From contig CBFFRQ010000043.1 of the NCBI GenBank assembly GCA_965644315.1, positions 186,001 to 250,000 of the forward strand: a DNA stretch of 64,000 nucleotides. Direction: 5' to 3'. Shown in pieces: positions 25,001 to 35,800 of this stretch. The notes below the pieces were generated by a model. It was not told where the DNA came from, searched no databases, and was given only the letters and a program-made list of their open reading frames with translations. Made by a program: the position numbers and the translations under genes. This stretch comes from Caecitellus pseudoparvulus (taxonomy: Eukaryota > Protista > Bigyra: Bicosoecida). How positions within the stretch are numbered: position 1 is the stretch's first letter; the number at the start of each line of letters is the position of its first letter.

Positions 25001-26101
25001 GTCGGAGCAGGCATCCAGGGGGGACCAGGTGGCCGCCCCAGCAGCAGGCGTGGCGGTGTAGCCCACGCCAGTGGCAGGCGACGCCAGGGGTGTGGCTGCG
25101 CTGGCCGCCGCCGCCGTGTCCACACGCAGGGTGGATGTGGGCGCTGGGCGCGGGGCGGGTCCATGCTGCGCCTCCGCCTCCTCCGGCAGGGGGGGTGGCG
25201 CGGCCCCATGGTGGGCCTCGGCAGGCACGACGAGGCCCAGCTCACGGCCCACCGCCCGCGCACTGGGCCCATCGAGCAGCCACACGTCAGCTGACACGGG
25301 GGCTGACGTCACCAGCGCCGTCTCGTTCAGGCAGGCGCCGGGGCGGAACAGGCACCAGATGCGGCTGTGCGCCAGGGCCGTCCGCAGCGCCTGCTCCCCC
25401 GTGCTGCTCTGCACTGCCGCTGTCAGGGCTTGCGCCTGCGCCAGGGGCAGGGGGGCGCCGCTGCTGGGGCCAGGCGCCGGCGCCGCCTGTGAGCGCGGCT
25501 GCGCCAGCGCTGGCGGGGGCGACAGAGCGAACGACACACTGTCTGCCTCACGGGGGTCCTCGGACGCGGGCACCAGCTGCACTGCAAACCCTGCAGTGAG
25601 CATGAACAGGCGCGTGCACACCTCCCTTGCACGGAGCAGGGGTGTGCCGGCCGAGCAAGGTGCGTGTCGCAGTGCGGCGGCCACGGCGCGGCGTTCGCGG
25701 GGGGCCATGGAAGCGAAGAAAAAGTGCTCTGCCAACGCAGCACGAATGCGCCGTAGCAAGCCTGGGGGAGGCGGCGCGCCGGCAGTGCTGTCCTGCGCCG
25801 CCAGCGCCCCCCGAGTGAGGGGCCTGCCAAACACAGTGTCTTCCAACCTCCGCCGACGCGGGGAGAGCCCTCCCTCGCCCGCGCTCAAGCTGGCCGGCAG
25901 GCTGGAGCTGCGTCCAACAGCTTGAATGCGCAGGGGTGACGTTGATGATGGAGGTGGCACTGTGCCGCTGCTGCCAGCGGTGCCGTCGCTGGCTTGGCGT
26001 GGCGGAGCGGTGGCCTGGAAACTTGCGTCGGAATCCTCCTGCGGCACGCCCGCACAGCTGGGCGAAGCAGCGTGGGGAGGAACAGGCACCTCATTGCTCA
26101 T
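22091..26101 (-). CDS. Single-chain cyclic-nucleotide-regulated AGC protein kinase (PKG-like architecture: three cNMP-binding domains plus kinase)
   Basis: Kinase motifs GQGTFARV, ALKAM, YRDLKPEN, DFGFAK, TYTLCGTPAYLAPE, DWWALG; PKG-like W-x-x-x-F C-terminus (WCAGF); cNMP domain GDVGSDMYFIVEG..GDCFGERALLLDEPRAATV plus two degenerate copies. Confidence 0.9.
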   Translation of the reverse strand: MSNEVPVPPHAASPSCAGVPQEDSDASFQATAPPRQASDGTAGSSGTVPPPSSTSPLRIQAVGRSSSLPASLSAGEGGLSPRRRRLEDTVFGRPLTRGALAAQDSTAGAPPPPGLLRRIRAALAEHFFFASMAPRERRAVAAALRHAPCSAGTPLLRAREVCTRLFMLTAGFAVQLVPASEDPREADSVSFALSPPPALAQPRSQAAPAPGPSSGAPLPLAQAQALTAAVQSSTGEQALRTALAHSRIWCLFRPGACLNETALVTSAPVSADVWLLDGPSARAVGRELGLVVPAEAHHGAAPPPLPEEAEAQHGPAPRPAPTSTLRVDTAAAASAATPLASPATGVGYTATPAAGAATWSPLDACSDAEVYAVSGPTLRAMVAGQASRAFHSAKQALASSPLLEHLQPEQLAQLAMAVEEESHRAGQRILNKGDVGSDMYFIVEGQVACTDIGSGASRVADITLGPGDCFGERALLLDEPRAATVLAKTDCLLLRLQRTAIRALVGSLRAVLDETIGVHTLRSIPLFHALDPGELAELAGALTPVTFPEGATLVHAGQALALPSHSPPRRRRGGPGRRGGMFTGPHRGSLSCRHMTQVARASGGGVSDSEGPGTRRTFSTGGGAGAARPTPSPTASGRSGTLSGPSRKAAASSPGSTSEGDGPSSPGGVSRGGSRRRLRRRSSASSAGALARAGSMFLHTFLIIREGVVVVGEPEHGTQLGPGDYLGERQLISSAPHPASVVAHGGPVTALALSRADFTAVVGSVHAFLSRLSPGDLKAAGLSLQDTLPGSAGPREGAAQVPPLAPPPPRKTPPAPVGPPKPSGEVLRPRTAVRRHSDMGMAVPRRGDMAMPRRGDMAMPRRGDMAMPRRGDMAMPRRGDMAMPRRGDMAMPRRGDMAMPRRGDMAMPTEFAAGRKAEMATSPDDMRRMLAQWQAGTASDGSIAASASAAVAASGGQGSAGHARRPRVNSSILPDLDPEEDDPNTVGSLAWLQQRGRSKDASVGGLGNVREVAVLGQGTFARVSLVRHSGTGRLLALKAMDKATIVRLKQQRNIVFERALLGAVSHPFLLQVVSTFQDAQRLYLLLDWVPGGELFGLLERRHTLPPADTKFYTACVAHALSYLHAMHILYRDLKPENILLDDKGYVRVVDFGFAKHVPERTYTLCGTPAYLAPECLTAKGYDASCDWWALGILVFECLTGSTPFDDAQGSMRDIMAKVLREPVQFPDALLDADLQAVSFCRGLLQKKPVHRLGCQRGGSQEVLTHPWLDSVDFKALLNKELPAPWVPELDSPQDTRWYAGASEAAPVDAEIMPPAPSAAGGEATAAPCEEEWCAGF
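23379..23570. repeat. Coding minisatellite, 24 bp x 8 (GGCATGGCCATATCACCCCGTCT[C/T]); encodes (PRRGDMAM)8 on the minus strand
   Basis: Units start at 23379, 23403, 23427, 23451, 23475, 23499, 23523 and 23547; the first five end in C and the last three in T. Confidence 0.97.
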
Positions 26102-26816
26102 GTTGGAGCGCGGGCAAGCGGCAGAAGGCCTTCTGTGGCGGCAGGGCGTCGGCTCAAAGGCTGGCGCAGTTCGCCGGAACTTGCTGGCCGCCGCAGCCTT
26201 CCAACTCCGGGCGCCTCAAGCACCGAGGGCGCGTGGGATCCTCCGCTGGAAGAGTGCCGGGACACTGTGTCCTGCTGCTCTGGACGCCACGCACGTCGCC
26301 CGACCACCCAGCGTGCAGGCTCGGGAGAGCCGGAGTGTGCGCGGAAATTGAGTGAAGCAAGCACTCTTGCTTTCCACACAGCACGGCCTGCCCTGGCGTT
26401 GCAGGCGGTGTGAGGAGGGCATCAATTCGTAGATACGGGGCAGTGCACGGCACGCTGTGCCGGTTGCTTGTTTCGAGTGTGGATTTTGTGCAGGGGGCGG
26501 CCGTTGTGCAAGGCGACGAGCGTGGTTGTCGGCTTCGGAACCTGCGCGCAGCGGGCGACGCGTGGCTGTGCGAGCGAAGCACCCACTGGTAACACAATCA
26601 ATACACCTGGCGTGCAGCACGCGTGCCACGAAGCACAGGACCTTCAACGCCGCACCGTGCTTTGCCAGTGCAGGGCTGGCCGGTTTTGCTGAGCGTGGCA
26701 AGTTGCGATTTCCGCACTTTGCCGAGGGCAACTTGACGTTGTGAATTGCTCGCTCCCCACAGCGGCCACAGCCCAGCCACCCGCAGCACAGGGTGCAGCA
26801 CACCATCCTAGGGGTC

Positions 26817-29800
26817 ATGGCGGCTGAGGGGGGCTCCAAGACGCTGCGCAGGGCGCGGCGTGGGTCCCTGACACTCGCCTCCGCGCCGCAGCTGTCCAGC
26901 GGCAAGCTTCCCCAAACGCCCAAGCCCCCGTCCACGCCCACGTACTCCCCTGAGGAGACGTGGATGTGGATCAAAGACGTGGCTGAGGGGTTCGTTCTGG
27001 GCAAGCTTGTGGCTGAAAACCCCGATGGCTCGGCCACTGCGGAGGTGGCTGGTGCCACGCGCGTGGTGGAGCCCAAGTCTCGCGGGCCCAAGGTGCTGGA
27101 CCCGGCCACCCTGTCGGAGCCGGAGGCGGACATGGTGCGCATGGTGGCCGTGGACGAGCCCAGCATCCTGCACAACGTCAAGCTGCGCTTCGCCATGGAC
27201 CGCATCTACACCAACATCGGCACCATCCTCGTGTCAGCCAACCCCTTCACTGTGCGTGTGCGGCGCGCCGTGCCACCACGCCCTGCCGCGCCCCGCCACC
27301 CCGCCACCCCCCCGCCCCGCACAGTTTATTGAAGGGCTGTACTCAGCAGAGCAGGTGGCGCTGTACCGCGACAATGACGGGGGGGAGGTGCCGCCGCACG
27401 TGTTTGGCATCGCCGCGGCGGCCTACCGGGGCTTGCGGGAAGACGCCGCCAGCCAAGCCATCATCATCTCCGGCGAGTCGGGTGCCGGCAAGACAGAGGC
27501 GACGAAGAAGTGCCTGCAGTACTTTGCGCAGGTGGCTGGCGCGGGGGCGGCGGGGATGGACCAGAAGCTGCTCGCGGCGAACCCGATTTTGGAGGCGTTC
27601 GGCAACGCCAAAACCACCCGCAACAACAACTCCTCTCGCTTCGGGAAGTGGATGGAGGTGCAGTTTGACGGGCGAGGCAGCATTATCGGGTGCAAGATCG
27701 TGAATTACTTGCTGGAGAAGAGCCGCATCACCAGCCCAGGCGCTGAGGAGCGGTCGTACCACATTTTCTACAACCTGTGTGTGGGCTTGCCGCCGCAGCA
27801 ACGCACGGCACTGCACTTGACGCAGCCGGGGGACTACGCATACCTGGCACAGGCCAGCACCACCATCTCCGGCTCCGCTGACCGTGACAGGGATGATTTT
27901 TCCGACGTCATGGATGCGTTCGCGGAGGTGGGCATTTCCGCCGCCGAGCAGGGTGACCTGTTCGCCGTGACGGCAGCGGTACTGCACTTGGGCAGCATCA
28001 CCTTTTCCGCACACGACACGGCCAGCGGCATCGAAGGCAGTGCAGCTGACGAAGGAACACACTTGACGGCAGCTGCAGAGTTGCTGGGCGTGCCGTCCGC
28101 CGCCCTTGCGGAGGACTTGACCTCCCGTGTGCGCACGGTGCGTGCTGAGCAAACGCGCTCGCCGCTGGTGCCGGGCAAGGCAGCCGACGCGCGTGACGCA
28201 CTGGCCAAGGCGCTGTACGGGCGCATGTTCGACTGGCTGGTGCAGCGCGTGAACGCCGCCATGGCGACGCCGGCAGCACCCCGCGGTATCATCGGCGTCC
28301 TGGACATTTTCGGCTTCGAGATCTTTCACAGCAACGTCTTCGAGCAGCTGTGCATCAACTACTGCAACGAGATGCTGCAGCAGCACTTCAACACGCACGT
28401 GTTCAAGGCGGAGGAGCGCCTGTACCAGGCAGAGGGCATCGACTACTCAGGCGTGCGTTTCATCGACAACCAGGACGTGCTGGACCTCATCCAGCGCAAG
28501 CCGTCTGGCATCTTGCCCATGCTGGACGACGAGGTGCGCTTGCCGCGCGGCAGCGACGCCAATTTCCGCACGCGGGTCACTAAGGCGCACACGGGCCACC
28601 CGCGCTTCGTGGCGCTGAAAGCCGGCGCAGCGGGGGACAAGGTCGTCTCGGAGCAGCTGGGGCACGAGGCTGGCAAGTGTGGCGCGCTGCCCTTTGCCGT
28701 GCAGCACTACGCGGGTGCTGTTGTGTACGACTGCACCGGCTGGCTGGACAAGAACAAAGACGAAATCCTGCCGAACCACGCGGCACTCATGGCGACGTCC
28801 AGCCGCCCCTTCATTGCAAACGAACTGTTCCAGGCACGGGCAGGGACGGCCGGGGGGGGCGCTGCGGCGGCCGGCGGCGGTGCGGGGAAACGCAAAGCCA
28901 CGACGCAGGGCGGCAAGTTCCGCAGTCAGCTGGCGGCGCTGCGCGACACCCTCAACGCCAACACGCCGCACTATATCCGCTGCATCAAGCCCAACGCGTT
29001 GAAGATGCCAGGCATTTGGCAAGGCGGGCTGTGCCTGCAGCAGCTGCGTTACAGCGGCGTGTTTCAGGCGGTGCAAATTCGGCAGCAGGGGTTCCCCTTC
29101 CGGTACCCGTACCGGGAGTTCTACGGCAAGTACCACGCCGTGGTGGACATTTCCCGGGCTGAAGTGGCGGCGTTGGGCGACGCAGTGGTGTCGCTGGGGC
29201 GCCCCTTCACCGGTCGCAGGGAGGACCACCCGTACCGGCCCTGCCCTGCCGCCCGCCAACGCCAGGCGCCGTGGCGGTGCCGCCCCCCCCGCAAAGGGCA
29301 TTCCTGGGGAGAGCCCTTCTACCGCAGCATGGCTGAGGCCATCATGCAGCAGCTGGCACAGGGGGAGGCCCACGCGGACCCCGCCGACGCAGCCGCGTTC
29401 CGTGGGCTGGCCGTGCAGTCAGGCACGACCCAACTGTTCTACAAGGCGGCCGCCCACCGCATCCTCACCCGCCGCCGGGGCGCCGTCATGCACAGTGCTG
29501 CGCTGGATGTGCAGGCGGCTTGGCGCGCTCGCTGGGCGCGGCGGCGGGTGGCGGGTGGCCTGGCCGCCCTGGCCCGTGTCCGGGCCGTGCACGCCATCCG
29601 CACCCTACCGGCGCTGGATGAGGCGGTGGGGGGGTGGGACGCCGCCCGTGTCCGGTGGGGCCTGCCGGACCTGGCCGAGGTGGGCGCTGTGCGGGCCTTG
29701 CGGGACCGACTGCAACGGGAGGCGGATGTGCACGCGGCGGTGAGTGACCTGCTGGGGCGGGATCCAGCGGCGGAGTACGGCCACTTCAAGGCGGTGCTGG

Positions 29801-32800
29801 GGGAGGCAGAGGCGCTGGGGCTGGAGGGTGGGGACGTGCGCGCGGCGCAGGCCAAGTTCGCGTCGGTGAAGGCGTATTACGCGGCGCGGGAGGACCTCGT
29901 CGCCGCGACGGCCGCCCACGACGAAGCCGGCATCGCCGCCGCCCTGGCAGCTGGGGAGACTCTGCGGCCTTCCTGGGGGGAGGTTTTTGATCCCGACATG
30001 CGGCAGGCAGCCACCACTGCCCGGGGCGTGTGTGAGGAGGAGCGGCGGCGCCTGGCGCCCCTGGTGGCCGCGCTGGCCCAGGGCAACTTGCAGTTGCAGG
30101 CTGGGCTGGCACTGGTGGACGCACACGTGGGGGAGGCCGGCGGGGGGGGCGGGGAGGGCGGAGTGCACGTCGCCAGCGACCAGGTGCGCGCACATTCGCA
30201 CCTGTTGCAGGGCGGCACGCTGCACACGCCGCTGGGGCGGTGGATGGCGCAGGGCGTGCCGGCAGTACTGGCGGCACGGGAGGCCCTCGCGCAAGTACAT
30301 GCGCCAGATCCCGACTCCCTGCCCCGCCTGGTCGCTGCCACCCCCGCCCTGCGCCGCCTGGTCAGCGTCGCTGCGGCGGAGGACGACGACCCCCTGCCGC
30401 CGCCTCTGCGTGCGGAAATTCGCGCGGCAGCGGCGCTGGCGGACAACGCAGAGGCGGCGGGGGCGCTGGTTGACGCGCTGTCTGCCGGCGGGCCAGGGGG
30501 CGTGGTGGGCGCCTTGGACACCGGCGCCGTGTCTGTGGCGGGGCTGGAGCGGGCGCTGGCCGCCGCCCAGACAGCCATTGGCGACGGCCCTTGCTGTGCT
30601 GCCGTTGGTGCGCTGATGGCGTCTGCGCGCACCCTGCTGCCGCTGCGCCGGGCAGTGGCGGGGGATGATTGGGAGGAGGTGCGGGGGTTGCTGGCGGGGT
30701 TGCCGGACATCCACCGCGTCGTGCCGCTGGCGCAGGGCGAGGTGCACGTCGCATTCGACGAGGTGGACAACATCGACATGGTCGCGGCGCTGGAGGTGGC
30801 GGTGGCCACGCCGGCGCTGACTGGGTCGCTGCGTGGGGGCGTGGATGTGGGCGGGGCGGATGCGGCGGTGGACCGCATCGATGCGGCGCTGGGGGTGGCA
30901 GTGGACCCCAAGTCGGCCCAGGCGACGGCCCTCGTGACGCTGGTGGCGAGGGTGCTGCGGCCGCTGCGTCGGGCAGTGGGGGCGGAGGACTGGGCCCAGG
31001 TTGCGGAGGTGCTGGGCCCACTCACGGCCGCGGCGTCCGCCGCCCCCTCAGCCGCCAGTGCCGCCGACCCCCCCACTGCCGACGCCCTGGCGGCTCGTCT
31101 GCAGGGTGCCATGGCCCTGCCCATCGCCTGGACAGACCAGTCGGGGGACACCTTCACCTGCCACCTGCCCCCGGCCTGCCACGAGGAGGTGGCCCTGGCT
31201 GCCGCCTTCGCAGCACATGTCGTGAGTCTGGCGGCACTGCGGGAGGGACTTGCGTCGGGCCGCCTGGTGGGCGTGCCCGGCACCATCCACCTGGTCGCAG
31301 CGACCCCCACCCCACCTGACGCCGCCGCCGCCGCCCTGCACACCTGGGCCTTTCAGCAGCAGAGCACGCTGGAGCTGCGTTCAACGGCGACGGCGCGGGG
31401 GGGGCGCCGGCGGTCCCTGGCCCTGGGGGCAGCTCCTCTGGACACGGCGTACGAGACGTACCCCCCCGTGGCGGTGTCCAGTGGACCCCTCGAGGCGGCC
31501 CTGGACACGGCGCGGACACTGGGGACGCTGTCCCCCACGGCGTGTTCCTTGTTCCGCCTCGCCCGCGGCATGTTGCGTGTGCGGCAGGCGCTGGGTGGGG
31601 GGGACTGGGGCGCCGCCGCTGCGGCAAGTGCAACCCTGCTGTCCACCACGCCGTGCCTGGGCAGCGTGGGGGACATGGCGCGCCGGGCGTTTGAGGAGGT
31701 GCCTGCTGGGGATGAGGGCGGGGAGGCCTTCGTCGCGCCGCCTCCTGCGTGGGCCCATGCCCCGTCCACGGGCCGCGAGGACCAGTTGCTGTCCGACGTC
31801 GCCGCGACCATCGCGGTGGAAGCCCAAACCGTCGTGGACGAGGCTGCCAGGCAGCGCGCCGTGGCTGCTCTGCACGCCGCCTTCACCCCCGGCGGCATCG
31901 GGGGTGCGCCCGGCGCCCTGGCGGCAGGGGACATCTCCACAGCGGGCTTGGGCGCCGCAGCGACCAAGCTCGTGCAGTGCCCGGGGCTGCTGGCAGGGCG
32001 CCCCATGGCCCTGCACGCGGTGGCCAGCCTGGTGTTGCACCTGCGGGGGGCGCTGGGGCGGGGGGACTGGGCCGATGCGGGGCGGGCCCTGGTGCAAGCG
32101 GGGCTGTACGACGCGGAGGGTGGGCCCATCGCCGGGTCCCCCCACGGCTGTCCCCCCACTGGCCTGGCGGCCGTGCGCCTCGTGCACGAGGTCGCGTGCG
32201 ACGAGCTGCAGCGCGCCGCCGACCACTACAGCCACTGGCGCGTCACCAGCGCCCTGGTTCGTGCCCTGCAGGCAGGCAGTGTCACGGGCATCCCTGGGGA
32301 GTTGTCGCTGGGCGGGCTGGACACGCAGCAGCTGCGCAGTGCGCTGGAGCTGGCCCAGGCGCTGGGCACGGGGTCGGCACGTGCGACCCGCTTGCGCGAC
32401 GCCGCCGCTGCCCTGCTGGAGCTCCGCACCGCCCTGGCGACAGCCCTGGACAGCGCGTCGGAAGCGGGGCGCCGCATGCAGGAGGGGGCGGCGGATGGTC
32501 GCAGCGACCTGCCGCCCGCCTGGCAGGCTGTGCGCGACGCCGTGTCGCACTGCGAGCAGCTGGCGAGCGCCGGCGGGGAGGGCGGTGAGCTGTCCAGTCT
32601 GTGTGGGGAGGAGGTGGCGCGGGTGGGGCGGGAGGTCGTGGACCGGGCCGTCGCATGCGACCTGTGGTCGGGCCTGGCGTCCCCCGCCCCCCGCGGGGGG
32701 GTGGGCGCCCTGGCCCCCGCCTCCGTCCACCTCGCCCGCCTGGCATCCGCCCTGGCCACAGTGCAGCAGCAGGGCACCTTCACCCACGGCACCGCCCAAC

Positions 32801-35800
32801 TCGCCAGCGCCGCGAACACACTGCTGGCCCTGCGGCAGGCGGCCCGTGACGGGGACACGGCGGGGCTGGCGGCGGCGCTGGAGGAGGTGGAGGCCGGATC
32901 CGGCCCCGCCGCCACCCTGTCCACCCACCCTGCGCTGCGGGAACTGACAGCCCCTGAGCTGGCGCGGTACCGGGCAGAGGTGGACAACGCGACCATTCAG
33001 CGGGAGGTGCGTGCTGCGTTGTCTGCGGGGGAGCTGCGGGGGCCGCCGGGGGCAGTGGACGTGGCGGGGGGCCGCGGCGCCCTGGCGTCGCTTGCGACCG
33101 CCCTGGAACGGGCACAGGCCCTGGGCCCACGTGCCCCCGCCACGGTGGACTTGGTCGCAGCGGCCACGTCGCAGCTGGCCTTGCGGCGGACGGCTGTGGA
33201 GGGGGACTGGGATGCCGTGCTGACGAGCGTGTCTGGCGGGGAGGGGGGGGGGCAGTCTGGCGGACCCCCCCTCGGGGGGGCGACCATACACCCCCTCGTG
33301 GCGCGGGAGGTGGACTGCCTGCGCAGCGAAGCACGGTTCCACCACCTGGCCTCCGCACTTGGGTCTGCCATGGCCAACGGGGGGGTCGCCGGCGACCCCG
33401 GCGCCCTGGACACCGGCGCCGTGTCCGTGTCAGCACTGGATGCCGCCCTGGCCCTGGCACGGGCGTGGGGAGCGCCCACCCGGGCCCTGCGATCAGTCGT
33501 CGAGTTCGCGGGTGGTTTGCGGTCTGCCCGCGCGGCGGTGGTGGCACACGACGTGCCTGAGCTGGGCCGTGTGACGTCCAGTGTCGTGGCGCCAGCAGGG
33601 GCGGCAGAGGACGCCTCCCTACCGCCTGCCCTGCGGGGGGGGGTCGCACAAGCGACCCGCGAGCTGGCCCTCCTGCGCGACCACGCGACCCACACCCTGT
33701 GTCTGGCCGCCATCGCGTCGGGTCTGGCGGATGGGCCGGGGCAGTGGGACAGCAGTGCGGGGCGGGTGGACGCCGCGACGGTCCGCACAACCGCCCTGCG
33801 CTCCGCAACGCAGCGCGGCAAGGGCCCCTCCCCCGCCTCTGCCTTCGCTTGGGCACTGGGCAGTGCTGTGCTTGCAGTGCGCAATGCCCAGGCGGCGGGG
33901 GGTGGACCCGCGCTGGCGGAGGCGGTGGAGGCGGCGCTGGATGTGCCGGGGGTCGCAGCGGCCATGGGCAGTGGCGGTGCGGCAACTGGTGGCGCCCCTG
34001 CCGCCGCGCCGCCCCCTGGCACCCGCACCGCGCTGTCCGCAGCGGGGCTTTCGGGCGATGGGCCCACCAGCCGCACGGCAGTGGGCCTCGTGGCGGGGCT
34101 GTCAGCCCAGTGCGTCCCACCCGCCGTCGCTGACGAGCTGAGCACCGCTCGCGCACAAGTGGCGAACCAGGCCGCCCTGGCCACCCTGCGCACAGCCTTG
34201 GCCCAGGGCGCCGCCTGTGGCCGCATCGGTGCTCTGGACACCCAGGGCATGTCCACGGAGGGGCTGGCCGCTGCGGCGGCGGAGGCGGAGCGAGCCCTGG
34301 GCGGTTTCTCGCGGTCACGAGCAGTGGACGCCGCCCTGGCCGCCGCGCGCACCCTGCAGCAGCTGCGGGGCGCAGTGGCTGAGTGTGCATGGGAAGACGC
34401 CATCGCAGTGCCAGTCGTGCCTGGGGAGGAGCTGCCGTCGCCTGGCGTGGCGGCGGAAATGCGCCTGCTGCGGGGGGAAGCCGCGCACCGCCGCGCAATT
34501 GCCGCCCTCGCCGCCGCCCTGGCCAGTGGAGGTGTGGCCGGAACACTCGGCGCAACGTCCACGAACACCATGACCCTATCCGCTTTGGACGCCGCCTTGG
34601 CCCTCGCTGACGTCGCGGCGGCAGCGGGGCGGGGCGACGTGTTGGCGCAGCTGGTGCAGGGCGGCCGCCTGCTGCGGCGTGTGCGGGCGTGTGTGGCGGC
34701 GGGGGACTGGACTGCGGCGGGTGCAGCTGCCGCTGACGCTGCCGCCTTGCCCCCCTGCAAGTTCCTCTTGGAGCCGGTGGCGGCGGGGGCGGCGGAGGAG
34801 GGGTGTGTGGGCACCGCCTTTGCCGCAGCAGGTCGCGTTCTGGGTGGAAGCGCCGACGGCGACGGCGGGGGCACTGCGCCCACCCTGCGGGAGGCATGGG
34901 CCCAGCACCCACTCGTGCAGGGCGGCTGCGTCCCCCTCGGCGGCTGTGAACCCTTCGCCAGCGTCGGCTGGGCGGCGCCTGAGCTGTGGCTGGTGCGGGG
35001 CGAGGAGGTGTGGCGTCGCACTGCGACCGCCCTCTCCCGCGCCCTGAAGACTGGCGCCGTCACGGGCGTGCCTGGCGCCGTGACCACCGACCAAGTCACC
35101 GCCGCGCCCCTCTCCTCAGCAGTTGCCAGCGCGAAGGAGCAGTGGACGTCCCTGCTGCGGCGGTGTGGCCTGCCGGTGGGCGTGTTGGACGGCACGGCAG
35201 ACTCCCCCCTGCACAACACACCCCCCGCGGAGCTGATGGCACAGCTGGACAGTGCGACCTACCTGGTCGCACTGCGACAGGCGGTGTTGCGGGGGGACTG
35301 GGCAGGCCTGCATGCGGCGCTGGGGGGCACGGGGGCCGCCACGACGCTGCCGCCGCCCCCCGCCACCCTGCACGCTGCCGCCGCCCCCGAGGTCGCCCTC
35401 ATCCGCTCCGAGGCGGCCCTGCGTGCGACGGGGGATGCGTTGCAGGCGGCGTTGCTGGGGGGGGGACCCCGCATCTACGCCGTGCCCTCTGCGGGGCGGG
35501 GGGATGGGCCCATGCTCGTGGATGCGGGGTCCTTCCCCGTGTGGGACGCCGACCGGGGGGTGGACCTGGCCGCCCTGGCCACGGGGGAGCTGGAAGCGGC
35601 CGTTGCTGCGGCTGAGGCACTGAGCGGCGACCGTCGCAGTGCGACGCTTGCCTCGGCGACCGCCATCCTGGCCGCCCGTCGTGCGGCGGGGGTAGCTGAC
35701 TGGCAGGGCGTGTTGGCGGCCGTGGAGGGCGCGAGTGGCTTGGCGCAAGTAGTTGCGCCAGAGGCCAAGGTGCTGGTTGCACATGCCCACAACACGCTGG

